A DNA stretch of 55,125 bases from a virus. Its lineage: Duplodnaviria > Caudoviricetes. Where the stretch lies: positions 1-55,125 of IMG/VR virus record IMGVR_UViG_3300034351_000046; one strand, 5' to 3'. A program made the position numbers and the translations under genes. Of the stretch, positions 28,525 through 37,508 are shown in pieces. Positions within the stretch are counted from its first letter, which is position 1. Each line of letters begins with the position of its first letter. A model generated the notes under the pieces. That model was not told where the DNA came from, did no database searches, and worked only from the letters and a program-made list of their open reading frames with translations.

Positions 28525-28612
28525 AGGCTCAAAAATGTTAGGCTAGGTCAGCACCGGGGCCGCCATCCCAGTGCTGACCACGCCTTCACCAATACCCACC
28601 GACCTGAACTTG

Positions 28613-29011
28613 TTAACGACCAGGATTGAAGAGCGTTCCGTTATTGATGCCACGCTCGATCTGGTCAACGACCATGCCCCGGACCTTTTTGGGATCCGCG
28701 CAGTTGAGGCAGACGGCCTCCTCAACCAAGGCTTCAAGATCGGTGATTCGACCTTGCTCGACGGCATACGTGGCAATCATGGCAACGGCCATTTGGAACA
28801 GCTGCCGGTCACTGAAGCAACCGGAACAACTCGCATCCTGGATCATCTGAACAGCCGTGCATTCGTTATCCTCATCGGTTGACACGATGCGGCAAAGCAC
28901 GATTGCGAGAACAAGGAAAAGCTGTTGATCCGACAGACACCGCAAACACGGATATTCGGACAGTGCCTCGGCGGTTCCTTGGGGCGCCCATCTTGGAGAA
29001 TTAGTAGCCAT
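28613..29011 (-). CDS. Protein with three Cys helical modules
   Basis: CLRCLSDQQL, CSGCFSDRQL and CLNCADPKKV. Confidence 0.8.
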   Translation of the reverse strand: MATNSPRWAPQGTAEALSEYPCLRCLSDQQLFLVLAIVLCRIVSTDEDNECTAVQMIQDASCSGCFSDRQLFQMAVAMIATYAVEQGRITDLEALVEEAVCLNCADPKKVRGMVVDQIERGINNGTLFNPGR

Positions 29012-29267
29012 AGGAATTATTCATTGCGGCCGCTTCGATCTCCTCATCGGCAGACATCATTTGCGGCCCTTCTTCGTCTTCCATTTCGGATTCTTCCGAC
29101 GAAGCCGAGGCCGAGACTTCAACTTCGTCACCATAGAGGGCGGTTACTTTCAGGGTGATCGTATCGCCTGGTTTTACCCCGTCCGCAAAGAGGCTCCGGG
29201 GCAAGAGCGCATTTTGCTCCATGTCCGAGCCAGACTCGGAGCTCATCCCGTTTTCGTCATAAGGCAT
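29001..29267 (-). CDS. Small acidic capsid-associated protein
   Basis: 88 aa with KPGDTITLKV; ends with ADEEIEAAAM, also found at the scaffold C-terminus. Confidence 0.75.
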   Translation of the reverse strand: MPYDENGMSSESGSDMEQNALLPRSLFADGVKPGDTITLKVTALYGDEVEVSASASSEESEMEDEEGPQMMSADEEIEAAAMNNSYGY

Positions 29268-29289
29268 AGGTGTCCTTTCGTTAAGGAGA

Positions 29290-29320
29290 GGGCCCTGGTC
29301 CTCGCTCAGAACCAGGGCCC
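29290..29320 (-). terminator. Stem-loop after the major capsid gene
   Basis: GGGCCCTGGT/ACCAGGGCCC, a 10-bp perfect stem; weak U-tract, so it may be a stabilising hairpin. Confidence 0.5.
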
Positions 29321-29335
29321 ACCCGTGGGATTGCC

Positions 29336-30661
29336 TTACGGACAAGGACTATTCGCGCTCGAGTAATCCTGAGTCACGTAGGTGGGCGGGGTCTGACAGA
29401 CCGGCACCTCGATCACGCAAGCAGGCTCGCGCAAGTGGAGGATCACCTCCATGAACTCGGGATACATCTTCTTGGTCGAGAATTTGAAGTCTGCAATAAA
29501 CTTACCCTTGTTCCGGCGGCTGTTATCAACAGCAATCGGAATGGTCAGGCCATTGGCGTCAACAGCCGTGCCGCAAGTCAGGTTGTCCATGACAAACTGC
29601 CATCGACCACCAAAACTGCGCGGGACGAAGGGCATCATGGGATGCACCTGGGCCGCATCGAGGACCAATTGTTTCATCGCCCGACGATGCCAGATGAACG
29701 TGGCCTGGATCGGTGCATTGATATAGGCATCATTGACGATGCCCCGAATGCCGCTCGAGGCCGGCTCATTGTGATACGGGAAGACCTGGTTAAGGGTCAC
29801 GCCGTCGTTGAGAAGCTGGAACCTGATCGGGTGGAGATCAGCCTTCAACATGAAGTTGCCGACTCGGCCAGCCCATCCATACTTGTAGTATTCCTCGGCG
29901 CCAGCCCCGAAGGCCTGGAACCGCCAGGAATCTTTCAAGTTGGAATCACCCTCGATGAGGTCCCAGATGGTCTCCATATCGGTCAGGACCTCCAATTCAG
30001 GAGGCTGGCCCATGGGCACCTTGCCCAGAGCTCCATTGAGGATCTGGGTTTGGAGCCGGCGCCGAAGCATGTTCACCGTGAGCTTCGAGGTGGGGAGAAC
30101 AGAGGGAACCACATTGATGAGGTTTCCGGTTTCGGTGAAGGTAAAGGCCGTGAGGCCCCGGCCACCACCGCCGCCAGCCACCCAGTGGTAGCCAGCATAA
30201 CGAAAGGCTTCCGAACGGATCCGGTTACCGATGATCAATTCCTGGGCTGCCCGGAGTTGCTCCACGGCGTTGGCGTAGTGTTCCTTCGCCCGATCCATGG
30301 TCAACATCTGGTCATAGCAGAACAGCTGAGAGGTGAAGCTCTTCTGCTCCAGGTGGTATTCGTCTCGGGTAGAGCCGAATCCGATTTCCGTTTCGCAAGG
30401 ATCGCACGGTTGGCCAACGCAGGTGGTGTCATTGACATTCTGCCAGGCCTGGGAGTGATCCACCGCTACACGGTTGAACCGATCATAGGTATGACTGGTC
30501 CCGTCGAAAGCTTTGAACTGTCCAATCTCCATCATGCCATTGATGGAGCCCACGGGAGTAATATCCTTCAGGATTTCCTCATCGAGGTGCTCCGTCCGAC
30601 GCATGATGATATTGGTAAAATCAGCACACGAAATTTGAGGAGTACAGCCTAAACTTGCCAT
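29336..30661 (-). CDS. Major capsid protein
   Basis: 441 aa directly downstream of portal and scaffold, with its own structured leader and a 3' hairpin. Confidence 0.75.
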   Translation of the reverse strand: MASLGCTPQISCADFTNIIMRRTEHLDEEILKDITPVGSINGMMEIGQFKAFDGTSHTYDRFNRVAVDHSQAWQNVNDTTCVGQPCDPCETEIGFGSTRDEYHLEQKSFTSQLFCYDQMLTMDRAKEHYANAVEQLRAAQELIIGNRIRSEAFRYAGYHWVAGGGGGRGLTAFTFTETGNLINVVPSVLPTSKLTVNMLRRRLQTQILNGALGKVPMGQPPELEVLTDMETIWDLIEGDSNLKDSWRFQAFGAGAEEYYKYGWAGRVGNFMLKADLHPIRFQLLNDGVTLNQVFPYHNEPASSGIRGIVNDAYINAPIQATFIWHRRAMKQLVLDAAQVHPMMPFVPRSFGGRWQFVMDNLTCGTAVDANGLTIPIAVDNSRRNKGKFIADFKFSTKKMYPEFMEVILHLREPACVIEVPVCQTPPTYVTQDYSSANSPCP

Positions 30662-30915
30662 ATGCAAAAACTCAGTTACGTGTCCCAAACGGACACTGGT
30701 TACAAATCGACTGTGAGTATTTTGCTTGCGAAGCAGGCCATCCGGGCCTTGGCAGAGTTGCCTACGCTTGCGGTTGCGAGCCGCTTTTACCTGGTCATCG
30801 CGTGGTCGACCAGGTGGAGCTGTTTCGCGCTCCCCGCGCCGATCGGAACGTCATCGGATGTCTACGTTCCAGCTGGTGACGAATCCAGTTACGTCATGAG
30901 GCTGCCTTAGAACAT

Positions 30916-30948
30916 AAAAAGAGGCGTGTCAAGTGATTCAACACGCCT
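30916..30948 (-). terminator. Intrinsic terminator-like hairpin after the scaffold gene, containing a TTGACA
   Basis: Minus strand: AGGCGTGT-11nt-ACACGCCT-C-TTTTT. Confidence 0.55.
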
Positions 30949-31129
30949 TTGTGAGCTCTGATTTGCTGTGTGATAGCTAACGCTATCTTTTTCGTTTTCG
31001 AGCCTTCGCTTTCTCAATCTTATCCATGGTGCCGTAAACGTAGGCATTGGATCTCTCGGATCCAGGTTTGAGGCCTGCCTTCTTTGCAGACCTGGCCAAC
31101 TTTCTGTGGAGTGCTTTTGGCATGATGTT

Positions 31130-32473
31130 TTATCTGGGTTGGGTTCGCATGGCAGCCGCCTCGATTTCCTCATCGGCTGTCAATTGTCTGGGCTTCGCAT
31201 CGGTTCGCCCCTCCTGGCCGGCGCCAGGTTCACTGCCTCGAATCTCTTCCAATTCCGCTTTGAGAGCTTCGATCTCAGCATCCTTGGTTTTGATCCGGTG
31301 AACCAGGCGCCCGAATGCGGCCGCGCGGTTCCGAATGGCAGAGTGCAGTCTGACTCGACGTTCAAGTGGTAGGTCACGCGCACCACTGAACATCAAATCG
31401 GCATCCTTGTATCCCTTTTCGAGCAGGGCATTGCCTTCATCGTCCCCCTCGATTGGCCCAAAGAATTCCGGGTATTGCTTAGCCGCTTCGGTGTTGAGTT
31501 TCTTGAACAGCACCTGGGCCTCTGTCCTTTGGGCTTCCTGCTCCTTCTGTTGTTTCTGAGCCTGCTCGAGGTGTTGCTTTTCCCGCTCGGTCATGTTGGT
31601 GCGGAAGTCCTCGATGGCTTTGACCCTCTGCGCGTGCAGACGGTGGATATCCCTGCGCTGGGCGAGCACATAGAACGCATTCTGCCCAAACATCTCCTGG
31701 GCCATTGTGGCGGCCTGTTCGTTGTCTGGGACCTGCATGATGGCCGCAAAGTCCTGGGGAGTGCCCCTCCGGGTGTTGCCCTCCTGATCCTGGACGTTGA
31801 GACTGGAGACCAGCTGGACCCCCTCATTCCAGGCCTCTACAAACGGTTGCTCGTACTTCTGCTTGTATTCGTCACTCTGCTCGTAGGCCACGGCCTTGAC
31901 GATGGCATTCTGCTCCTCAATCTTCTTGTTAAGTGCCTCAATCTGTTCCAGATAGGCCTTTTTCTCCCCCTCTTCCGGCTTCTGTCCGCTGGTCTTGTAG
32001 GAGGCGAGCTCCTTCTCGGCCTCAGCCAGGCGTTCCTTGACCCGTTTATACTCGGCCCGGAGCTCGGGGGCTTTCAGGGGGCCGGTTGCAGGTTCCTCGG
32101 GGGGCTTTTCCTCCCCAGGCTTGGGTTTTTCCTTGGGTTTTGGCACCCCCAGGAAGTCCTCATCATCACCTCCAGGAGGCGTTTCTGGCGGCTCTGCCGG
32201 CTCCTCTGGTGGCGTTTGCCCCTCTTCCGGGGGCTTGGGAGGGGCCTTGGGTTTGGGCTTCGCCTTGGGCTTGGGAGGGGGCGCCTCGGGGGTTTCCTTG
32301 GCAAACTCGGCCAGGTCCTCATCCAGGCTTCGGAAAGTAGGCTTGGGAGGATCGGGCGGTTTTGCCGGCGCCGGATCCTGGGGCGGTGCGTTGGGATCCG
32401 GTTGAGACGGTGGCGCTGGGGGCGGCACGTTGGCAATTCCAGGGGACGGTACGCTTTCGGGTTCTTCAGGCAT
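31130..32473 (-). CDS. Capsid scaffolding protein
   Basis: Pro/Glu/Lys-rich disordered N-terminus and long coiled coil; lies between portal and MCP. Confidence 0.75.
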   Translation of the reverse strand: MPEEPESVPSPGIANVPPPAPPSQPDPNAPPQDPAPAKPPDPPKPTFRSLDEDLAEFAKETPEAPPPKPKAKPKPKAPPKPPEEGQTPPEEPAEPPETPPGGDDEDFLGVPKPKEKPKPGEEKPPEEPATGPLKAPELRAEYKRVKERLAEAEKELASYKTSGQKPEEGEKKAYLEQIEALNKKIEEQNAIVKAVAYEQSDEYKQKYEQPFVEAWNEGVQLVSSLNVQDQEGNTRRGTPQDFAAIMQVPDNEQAATMAQEMFGQNAFYVLAQRRDIHRLHAQRVKAIEDFRTNMTEREKQHLEQAQKQQKEQEAQRTEAQVLFKKLNTEAAKQYPEFFGPIEGDDEGNALLEKGYKDADLMFSGARDLPLERRVRLHSAIRNRAAAFGRLVHRIKTKDAEIEALKAELEEIRGSEPGAGQEGRTDAKPRQLTADEEIEAAAMRTQPR

Positions 32474-32475
32474 AA

Positions 32476-32748
32476 TCAGACTTGGTGGGGTAGGTTATCT
32501 CTTCGGAGTCTGGGCGCCGGCTTCTCAACGATGCCGATCGTCAGAAACAATTCCCGCAATTTGTGGGCCCCGGTTAACTGCCAGTGACGGGCACTGGCGG
32601 CCACCTCATCCTGGGCAGCCCCCTGTTCCCAACTCATTTGCAGGATGGCGGCATCGAGCGCGGCCAGGATGGCCGGATCGGTGTCGAATTCAGCCGCTTT
32701 TTTGGCGTGGGCTGAAATTAAAAAACGCCTCTTTGGTGATTCAAGCAT
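32476..32748 (-). CDS. Small protein between portal and scaffold
   Basis: 90 aa; overlaps the portal stop. Confidence 0.7.
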   Translation of the reverse strand: MLESPKRRFLISAHAKKAAEFDTDPAILAALDAAILQMSWEQGAAQDEVAASARHWQLTGAHKLRELFLTIGIVEKPAPRLRRDNLPHQV

Positions 32749-35086
32749 TGGGCGGCTCTTCTTCTGGTGCCGCTTCAAGCATGGTTCTTATTCGCTCATT
32801 TTGGATGTCAGAAGCGGCTTTGGCATCCTTGATGGTGGTGTCGACTTGGCCTTGAGAAAGTTCTCCGCGCAGCTTGGCCAGGTGCTCTTCCTCCTTCTGC
32901 CGCTGCCCTTGGATAAAACGCTGCTCGCTCTGGCTGAGACGCTGCGCGTTCTTTTGAGCCTCGATCTGCGCCTTGGTCTGGGCTTGGATCTGCATCCCCT
33001 CAACCTTGGCCTGGGTGAGGGCAAGCTCCTTCTGGATCTTGGGATCGATGCCCTGGCCATTCTGCTGCCGTTGCTGCTGGATCTGCTCATTGAACTGTTG
33101 CAGCACCTTCATGATCTCGGCCAGGCGTTTCTGGATGGCCCCGGCCATCTCCTGGTTGGCGGGATCCTGGGCTGCCATCTGGAGATAACTCGAAGCAGTG
33201 ATAGCCACGTTGATAAGCCCAGCCAATTCTGGGGGCGTGGGCATGCCGGAAGTCGCGCGGATCCGGCGCATCACATCATCCATGCCCTTCATTAAGGCCA
33301 GGGTGATCTGCATGGGGTCCTGCCCCTTGCGCGGCGGTATTTGGACACCCTGCATCAGAGCCCCCACCATCAGCTGCCCATCATGGGTGGATTCACTGGT
33401 CATAATCGGCTCCACGGGCACCCACCTGGTGGCCAGCCGGGGATCGTCACTGTTGGCCTGCACGTAGAGGCGCAGGACCTCGGTCTGGGCATCCGGGTTC
33501 AAGAGCGGCCGCACGCTCATCAGCTTATCTGCCATGGCCACCTGAAGCATCTTGTTGCCGGATCCCAGCACCTGCTCCGGTTCGACATCCCACAGATCGG
33601 GGTCCAAAGCCTTTGCCGGCACGCCTTGCTTCAGGACTCGTTGCCGGAATTTTCTGACCTCGGGGTCGATGGAGTTGGGCTGCATGAACCGGCGCACGAT
33701 TTCGATGTATTGCCCCTTTTGATAGGTATACGCCAGGGAGAGCATCGTACCCACAAGAGCATTGGCCGCATTGACCTCAGCCATGATTTCAGTGGCGGTT
33801 TTTTCCTTTTGAGCTCCGGTGTCCCGCCCTTCCCGGAATTGGGCTGCCGCTTCATTCATTTGCTGCCGGTTATCGGCCATCGTGGCCCCAACCAGCTGTT
33901 GATTGACCTGCCACCGATCGTTCTGGCCCACAAAATTGACGCCATCAGGAATGACGCCGTAATTGTGCAGATCGATCTTAGTCAGACGCTCGGCCTCATC
34001 CGCACTCGAGACCCTGAAGTAATTCAGAAGGTTCTCAAACGTGGCATCATTGATTTTGCATCGAAGCCGGTTCTGCAAATTGCAGACTGCGTAAATCAGC
34101 CACCCAAGGGATCGGACGCTGTGATACTTGAAAGGGGCCCTGGCACTAAGATCACCGAATTGAAAATGCAGGATTTCCTTCAAGTCATAGGCATAGCATC
34201 TGTCGTTTCCGTTATAGAGCCATTCCTGGGCATCCATGCCGAGTTTCTGAAGGGATAGTTTCTTGTCTCCGATCTCTCCGTTGGGCGGCGTGTCTAATAT
34301 CATGCGCCTGCGCCAGCCGTGTTTCTTCTTTTCATCACTCCAAAAGTAAAAGTCCCAGGCATTGATGGTGGGGACCACATCGGATGAATAATAGACTCCA
34401 TCCTGCTTGATTTGCTCCACCAGTTTCTCCGGGCTTAGTGAATCCCAATCAGTCACCTGGCCGGCCGGCTGGGCCGCACACCATTTGATTGCCTTCCTGG
34501 CTAGCGGCTTGTTCCAGGCCGGATCGATGCGCTTACGCTCGATCATCCTGGTCATCTCCGCGCAGGTGTATTGCCGGTAAATGGCAAAGTGGGTCAAATT
34601 CTCCATCGACAGAAGGGTGTTCGACGGCACCAGCAGATCACAGATGGCCAGGGTCTTTGGCTTCCACCGGTACTTGTCTGCCCAGTGAGCCGGCCCGATG
34701 CCGTGTAGAACGGTCGATGCCATCTGGGAGCGGATCTGCTCGAAGTAGCAAAGAGAATCCTTCATGACCTGGTTTATCTCCTTGGCCACAACCCCCGACC
34801 AAATCGACCGCATAACATCCGGGCCGAAATTCAGGGTCATGGAGAAGAAGTTGGGAGGTTTAATGAAGGCGTTGTAGTAGCTGCGCCTGGCATCGGCTGC
34901 CAGCTTAGGACCATCCAGGAAGTTGACGTTGGTGTTGATCCTGGCTGATTCAGCCTCTTCGTCTGTCCAGGGTGGGAACCCGTCAAAAAGCCGATCGATT
35001 AAAGCGCGGTTGGTTGCCCGTGGATAATCCGCTTGGCGCATTTCTTGGACCACCTGGTCCACATAGGAAGCGGTGGAAAAGTTCAT
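32741..35086 (-). CDS. Portal protein
   Basis: 781 aa, first gene of the head operon; KTATEI motif and a Gln-rich C-terminal barrel-like coil as in P22-like portals. Confidence 0.85.
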   Translation of the reverse strand: MNFSTASYVDQVVQEMRQADYPRATNRALIDRLFDGFPPWTDEEAESARINTNVNFLDGPKLAADARRSYYNAFIKPPNFFSMTLNFGPDVMRSIWSGVVAKEINQVMKDSLCYFEQIRSQMASTVLHGIGPAHWADKYRWKPKTLAICDLLVPSNTLLSMENLTHFAIYRQYTCAEMTRMIERKRIDPAWNKPLARKAIKWCAAQPAGQVTDWDSLSPEKLVEQIKQDGVYYSSDVVPTINAWDFYFWSDEKKKHGWRRRMILDTPPNGEIGDKKLSLQKLGMDAQEWLYNGNDRCYAYDLKEILHFQFGDLSARAPFKYHSVRSLGWLIYAVCNLQNRLRCKINDATFENLLNYFRVSSADEAERLTKIDLHNYGVIPDGVNFVGQNDRWQVNQQLVGATMADNRQQMNEAAAQFREGRDTGAQKEKTATEIMAEVNAANALVGTMLSLAYTYQKGQYIEIVRRFMQPNSIDPEVRKFRQRVLKQGVPAKALDPDLWDVEPEQVLGSGNKMLQVAMADKLMSVRPLLNPDAQTEVLRLYVQANSDDPRLATRWVPVEPIMTSESTHDGQLMVGALMQGVQIPPRKGQDPMQITLALMKGMDDVMRRIRATSGMPTPPELAGLINVAITASSYLQMAAQDPANQEMAGAIQKRLAEIMKVLQQFNEQIQQQRQQNGQGIDPKIQKELALTQAKVEGMQIQAQTKAQIEAQKNAQRLSQSEQRFIQGQRQKEEEHLAKLRGELSQGQVDTTIKDAKAASDIQNERIRTMLEAAPEEEPPNA

Positions 35087-35173
35087 GATTTAGTCCAATC
35101 CTATTAAAGTTGTCTATTCACTGGAGTCCCATATTGGCTTGAAGCTGCATCGTTTCAAGCCCATAACGGTCAT

Positions 35174-35785
35174 ATGCCTTCAACTTACGGCCTACTCAGC
35201 AAAACGGATATCCGAAATCTGCAAGCGTGTTTGTCGGATATTTTGGTGAGGCGAAACACGGGCAGCACCATCAATGTTTTGGAGATTGGTGTATGGAACG
35301 GAAGCACCGCCAAAGGGATCCGGGGATTTCTCAAAGATCAAGGATATCCAATATCGTACTGTGGGATCGAAAACGGCAATGGGGCCGAGTCTGTCACTGA
35401 ACCCCCCTTCGGTGGCGCCAGAATTATTTTTGGCGATTCGATTTCCGCACGCGCAAAGATCGATGATTGGGCGCGGTTTGATTTGCTTATTATCGATGGT
35501 TGCCATTGCCTTACCCATGCCTGCATGGATTTCCTTTGCTACCAATCCCTGGTGACTATTGGTGGCTATGCTCTGTTTCACGACATCAACCCCGACTTCC
35601 AGGGCGTCACCCAACACCATGCCAGCCAAGACCACAAATCAATGCCGATGGAGGTGGCCGTGGTCCACGCCATCAATCTGCTCGGCCTGCCCGAGGGCCG
35701 CTTTTACGGCTGGACCGGTAAAATGTCAGACTTTGAAAAAGGGTGCTCCAACGGTTTCTTCATCGCGCAAAAGCTTACAGCTTGA
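35174..35785 (+). CDS. Class I SAM methyltransferase (Methyltransf_24-like)
   Basis: LEIGVWNGST, DLLIIDGCH and GGYALFHD motifs. Confidence 0.85.
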   Translation: MPSTYGLLSKTDIRNLQACLSDILVRRNTGSTINVLEIGVWNGSTAKGIRGFLKDQGYPISYCGIENGNGAESVTEPPFGGARIIFGDSISARAKIDDWARFDLLIIDGCHCLTHACMDFLCYQSLVTIGGYALFHDINPDFQGVTQHHASQDHKSMPMEVAVVHAINLLGLPEGRFYGWTGKMSDFEKGCSNGFFIAQKLTA

Positions 35786-36554
35786 GAAGCTTGAAAACCT
35801 TTTCGGCAAAATACACGTTCAGTTGCCGACAGCCCTCCAGGTAATTCTCCACCCTGCCGTTCTTCGGAATGTCCTTGTGGACCTTGTTCCAATTCTGATC
35901 GTTGACCAAGTAGTACAAAGGCTCCAAACCATAGAATTTGGAGGACCACGGTTTCCAGCAAAGCACCTTCCTGCCTAGCAGCATGCCCCAATAGACCCCG
36001 TGATAAGAACTGGTCACAAGGGTCCTTCCAGAGGCCAGGAACATCAGCACATCCCGGAACATGCCGGCCTTGTGCTTATTGTCCATTCTGGGGAAACCTC
36101 TCAATCCATCGATAGGGCACCGTGGATGCTCATAAACCACCAGGTCATGTTTTGGGGAAGATGCCCTGGCCTCATCAAAGAACGGGCTCATACAGCTGGG
36201 GCATGGAACGTAGTCCCATGGATTCCCAAAATCGCGCAGGCCAACCAGGTCGAACTTCTTGGTCCATTCCGGCCACCTCACCAGGTGATCCCCATGCTGG
36301 TTGGCCCCCACGCCCCACAAGACCATAGGAAACCGCTTTCGGTCCAAGGCCTCCACCAGGACCGGTGCGGTATCGTAATAGAACAAGCCGCTGCCCCCGA
36401 AGATCACAGCATTTTTGGCGAAGACCTCCAAATCCTCGATTTTATTGGGCAAGACTTTGACCTCTGCCAACTCCTTGAAATAGACCGTTGGCCTGCAAAC
36501 CTGCTCGGCCAGGTTATCCGGGTTGACCGTCATCCAGGATATCGTTGGTATCAT
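35775..36554 (-). CDS. Polysaccharide pyruvyltransferase-like protein
   Basis: FGGSGL, WGVG, GLRD, VPCPS and TSSYHGVYWGMLLG motifs. Confidence 0.8.
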   Translation of the reverse strand: MIPTISWMTVNPDNLAEQVCRPTVYFKELAEVKVLPNKIEDLEVFAKNAVIFGGSGLFYYDTAPVLVEALDRKRFPMVLWGVGANQHGDHLVRWPEWTKKFDLVGLRDFGNPWDYVPCPSCMSPFFDEARASSPKHDLVVYEHPRCPIDGLRGFPRMDNKHKAGMFRDVLMFLASGRTLVTSSYHGVYWGMLLGRKVLCWKPWSSKFYGLEPLYYLVNDQNWNKVHKDIPKNGRVENYLEGCRQLNVYFAEKVFKLLKL

Positions 36555-36806
36555 TATTGACTACCTTTTCGACTCCGATTCCAACGGATGCAACCAAAAA
36601 CGGAACGATAAACCTGAAAACCCGGCGCCTGGAAACACGCACCTCATATTCCACGGCATGATTGGGCGCACCTGGTCGACCAACGTCGCCAACCTTACTC
36701 ACTGCCATATGAATGCCTTCCATCTTCACATCTCCACACTACTTCTGATCATCGTTGACAGCAATACATTTGAACGCTTGCAAACCAAGGCTTCTTTGGG
36801 GTAACC

Positions 36807-37505
36807 GTGATCATGCTCAAGTCCAGATCAACGTGGCCCCCTGGAGGATGGCAATTCCTTGAGCCGGCAACCGGTTGGAGTGCCCCACAAGGATTGATGT
36901 TCGACCAGGTAGTGGATGCCATTATCAAACACCGGCTGGCCAATAAACAGCATCGCCTCTCAACGGATCCCGATGTTGTGGCCCAGCAACTCGATGATTA
37001 CACATGCGCCAGGCTTCAAAATCACCCGTCTTGGTGCGCCCAGCAGGAGATGCCCAGATCTTTTACGTTTCCCCGGCCGAAGCGATCCATTCGGGCGGGG
37101 GAAGAAGAAGGAGGTGTTGCGGGAGGCGTTAGGCTTCTCAAAAACACCGCCACCGGGATCAAAACCTGGATCGATTGGTTTGGAGAAGGAAAGCCAGTTG
37201 ATCAAACCACCGCAGATGTCCGCGCATTGGTTTGTGCGGACTGTCCGCAAAACGACAGACAAAAGGGAATCTTCGCCTGGTTCACCGGAGCGGCCGTCAA
37301 GGAGATCAAGGCTATCTTCAGCGCCCTCAATGACCTCAACATGAAGACCCCCTACGATGATAAGCTCAACGTCTGCAAGGCTTGCGATTGTCCGCTCAAG
37401 GCCAAGGTGTGGGCGCCAATGCACATCATCAAAAAGCACCTATCCAAGGAGGCGTTTAATCGGCTCGATGATCGGTGCTGGATACGAAAGGGCGCAGACG
37501 ACTGA
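36807..37505 (+). CDS. Cys-rich conserved phage protein
   Basis: PPGGW N-terminus; CADCPQN, CKACDCPLKAKV and terminal CW. Confidence 0.8.
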   Translation: MIMLKSRSTWPPGGWQFLEPATGWSAPQGLMFDQVVDAIIKHRLANKQHRLSTDPDVVAQQLDDYTCARLQNHPSWCAQQEMPRSFTFPRPKRSIRAGEEEGGVAGGVRLLKNTATGIKTWIDWFGEGKPVDQTTADVRALVCADCPQNDRQKGIFAWFTGAAVKEIKAIFSALNDLNMKTPYDDKLNVCKACDCPLKAKVWAPMHIIKKHLSKEAFNRLDDRCWIRKGADD

Positions 37506-37508
37506 GCA

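Noticed and set aside
36555-36806. Small gene between the pyruvyltransferase-like and Cys-rich genes
   Set aside because: Candidate frames on both strands lack motifs and convincing starts; more likely a divergent promoter region.
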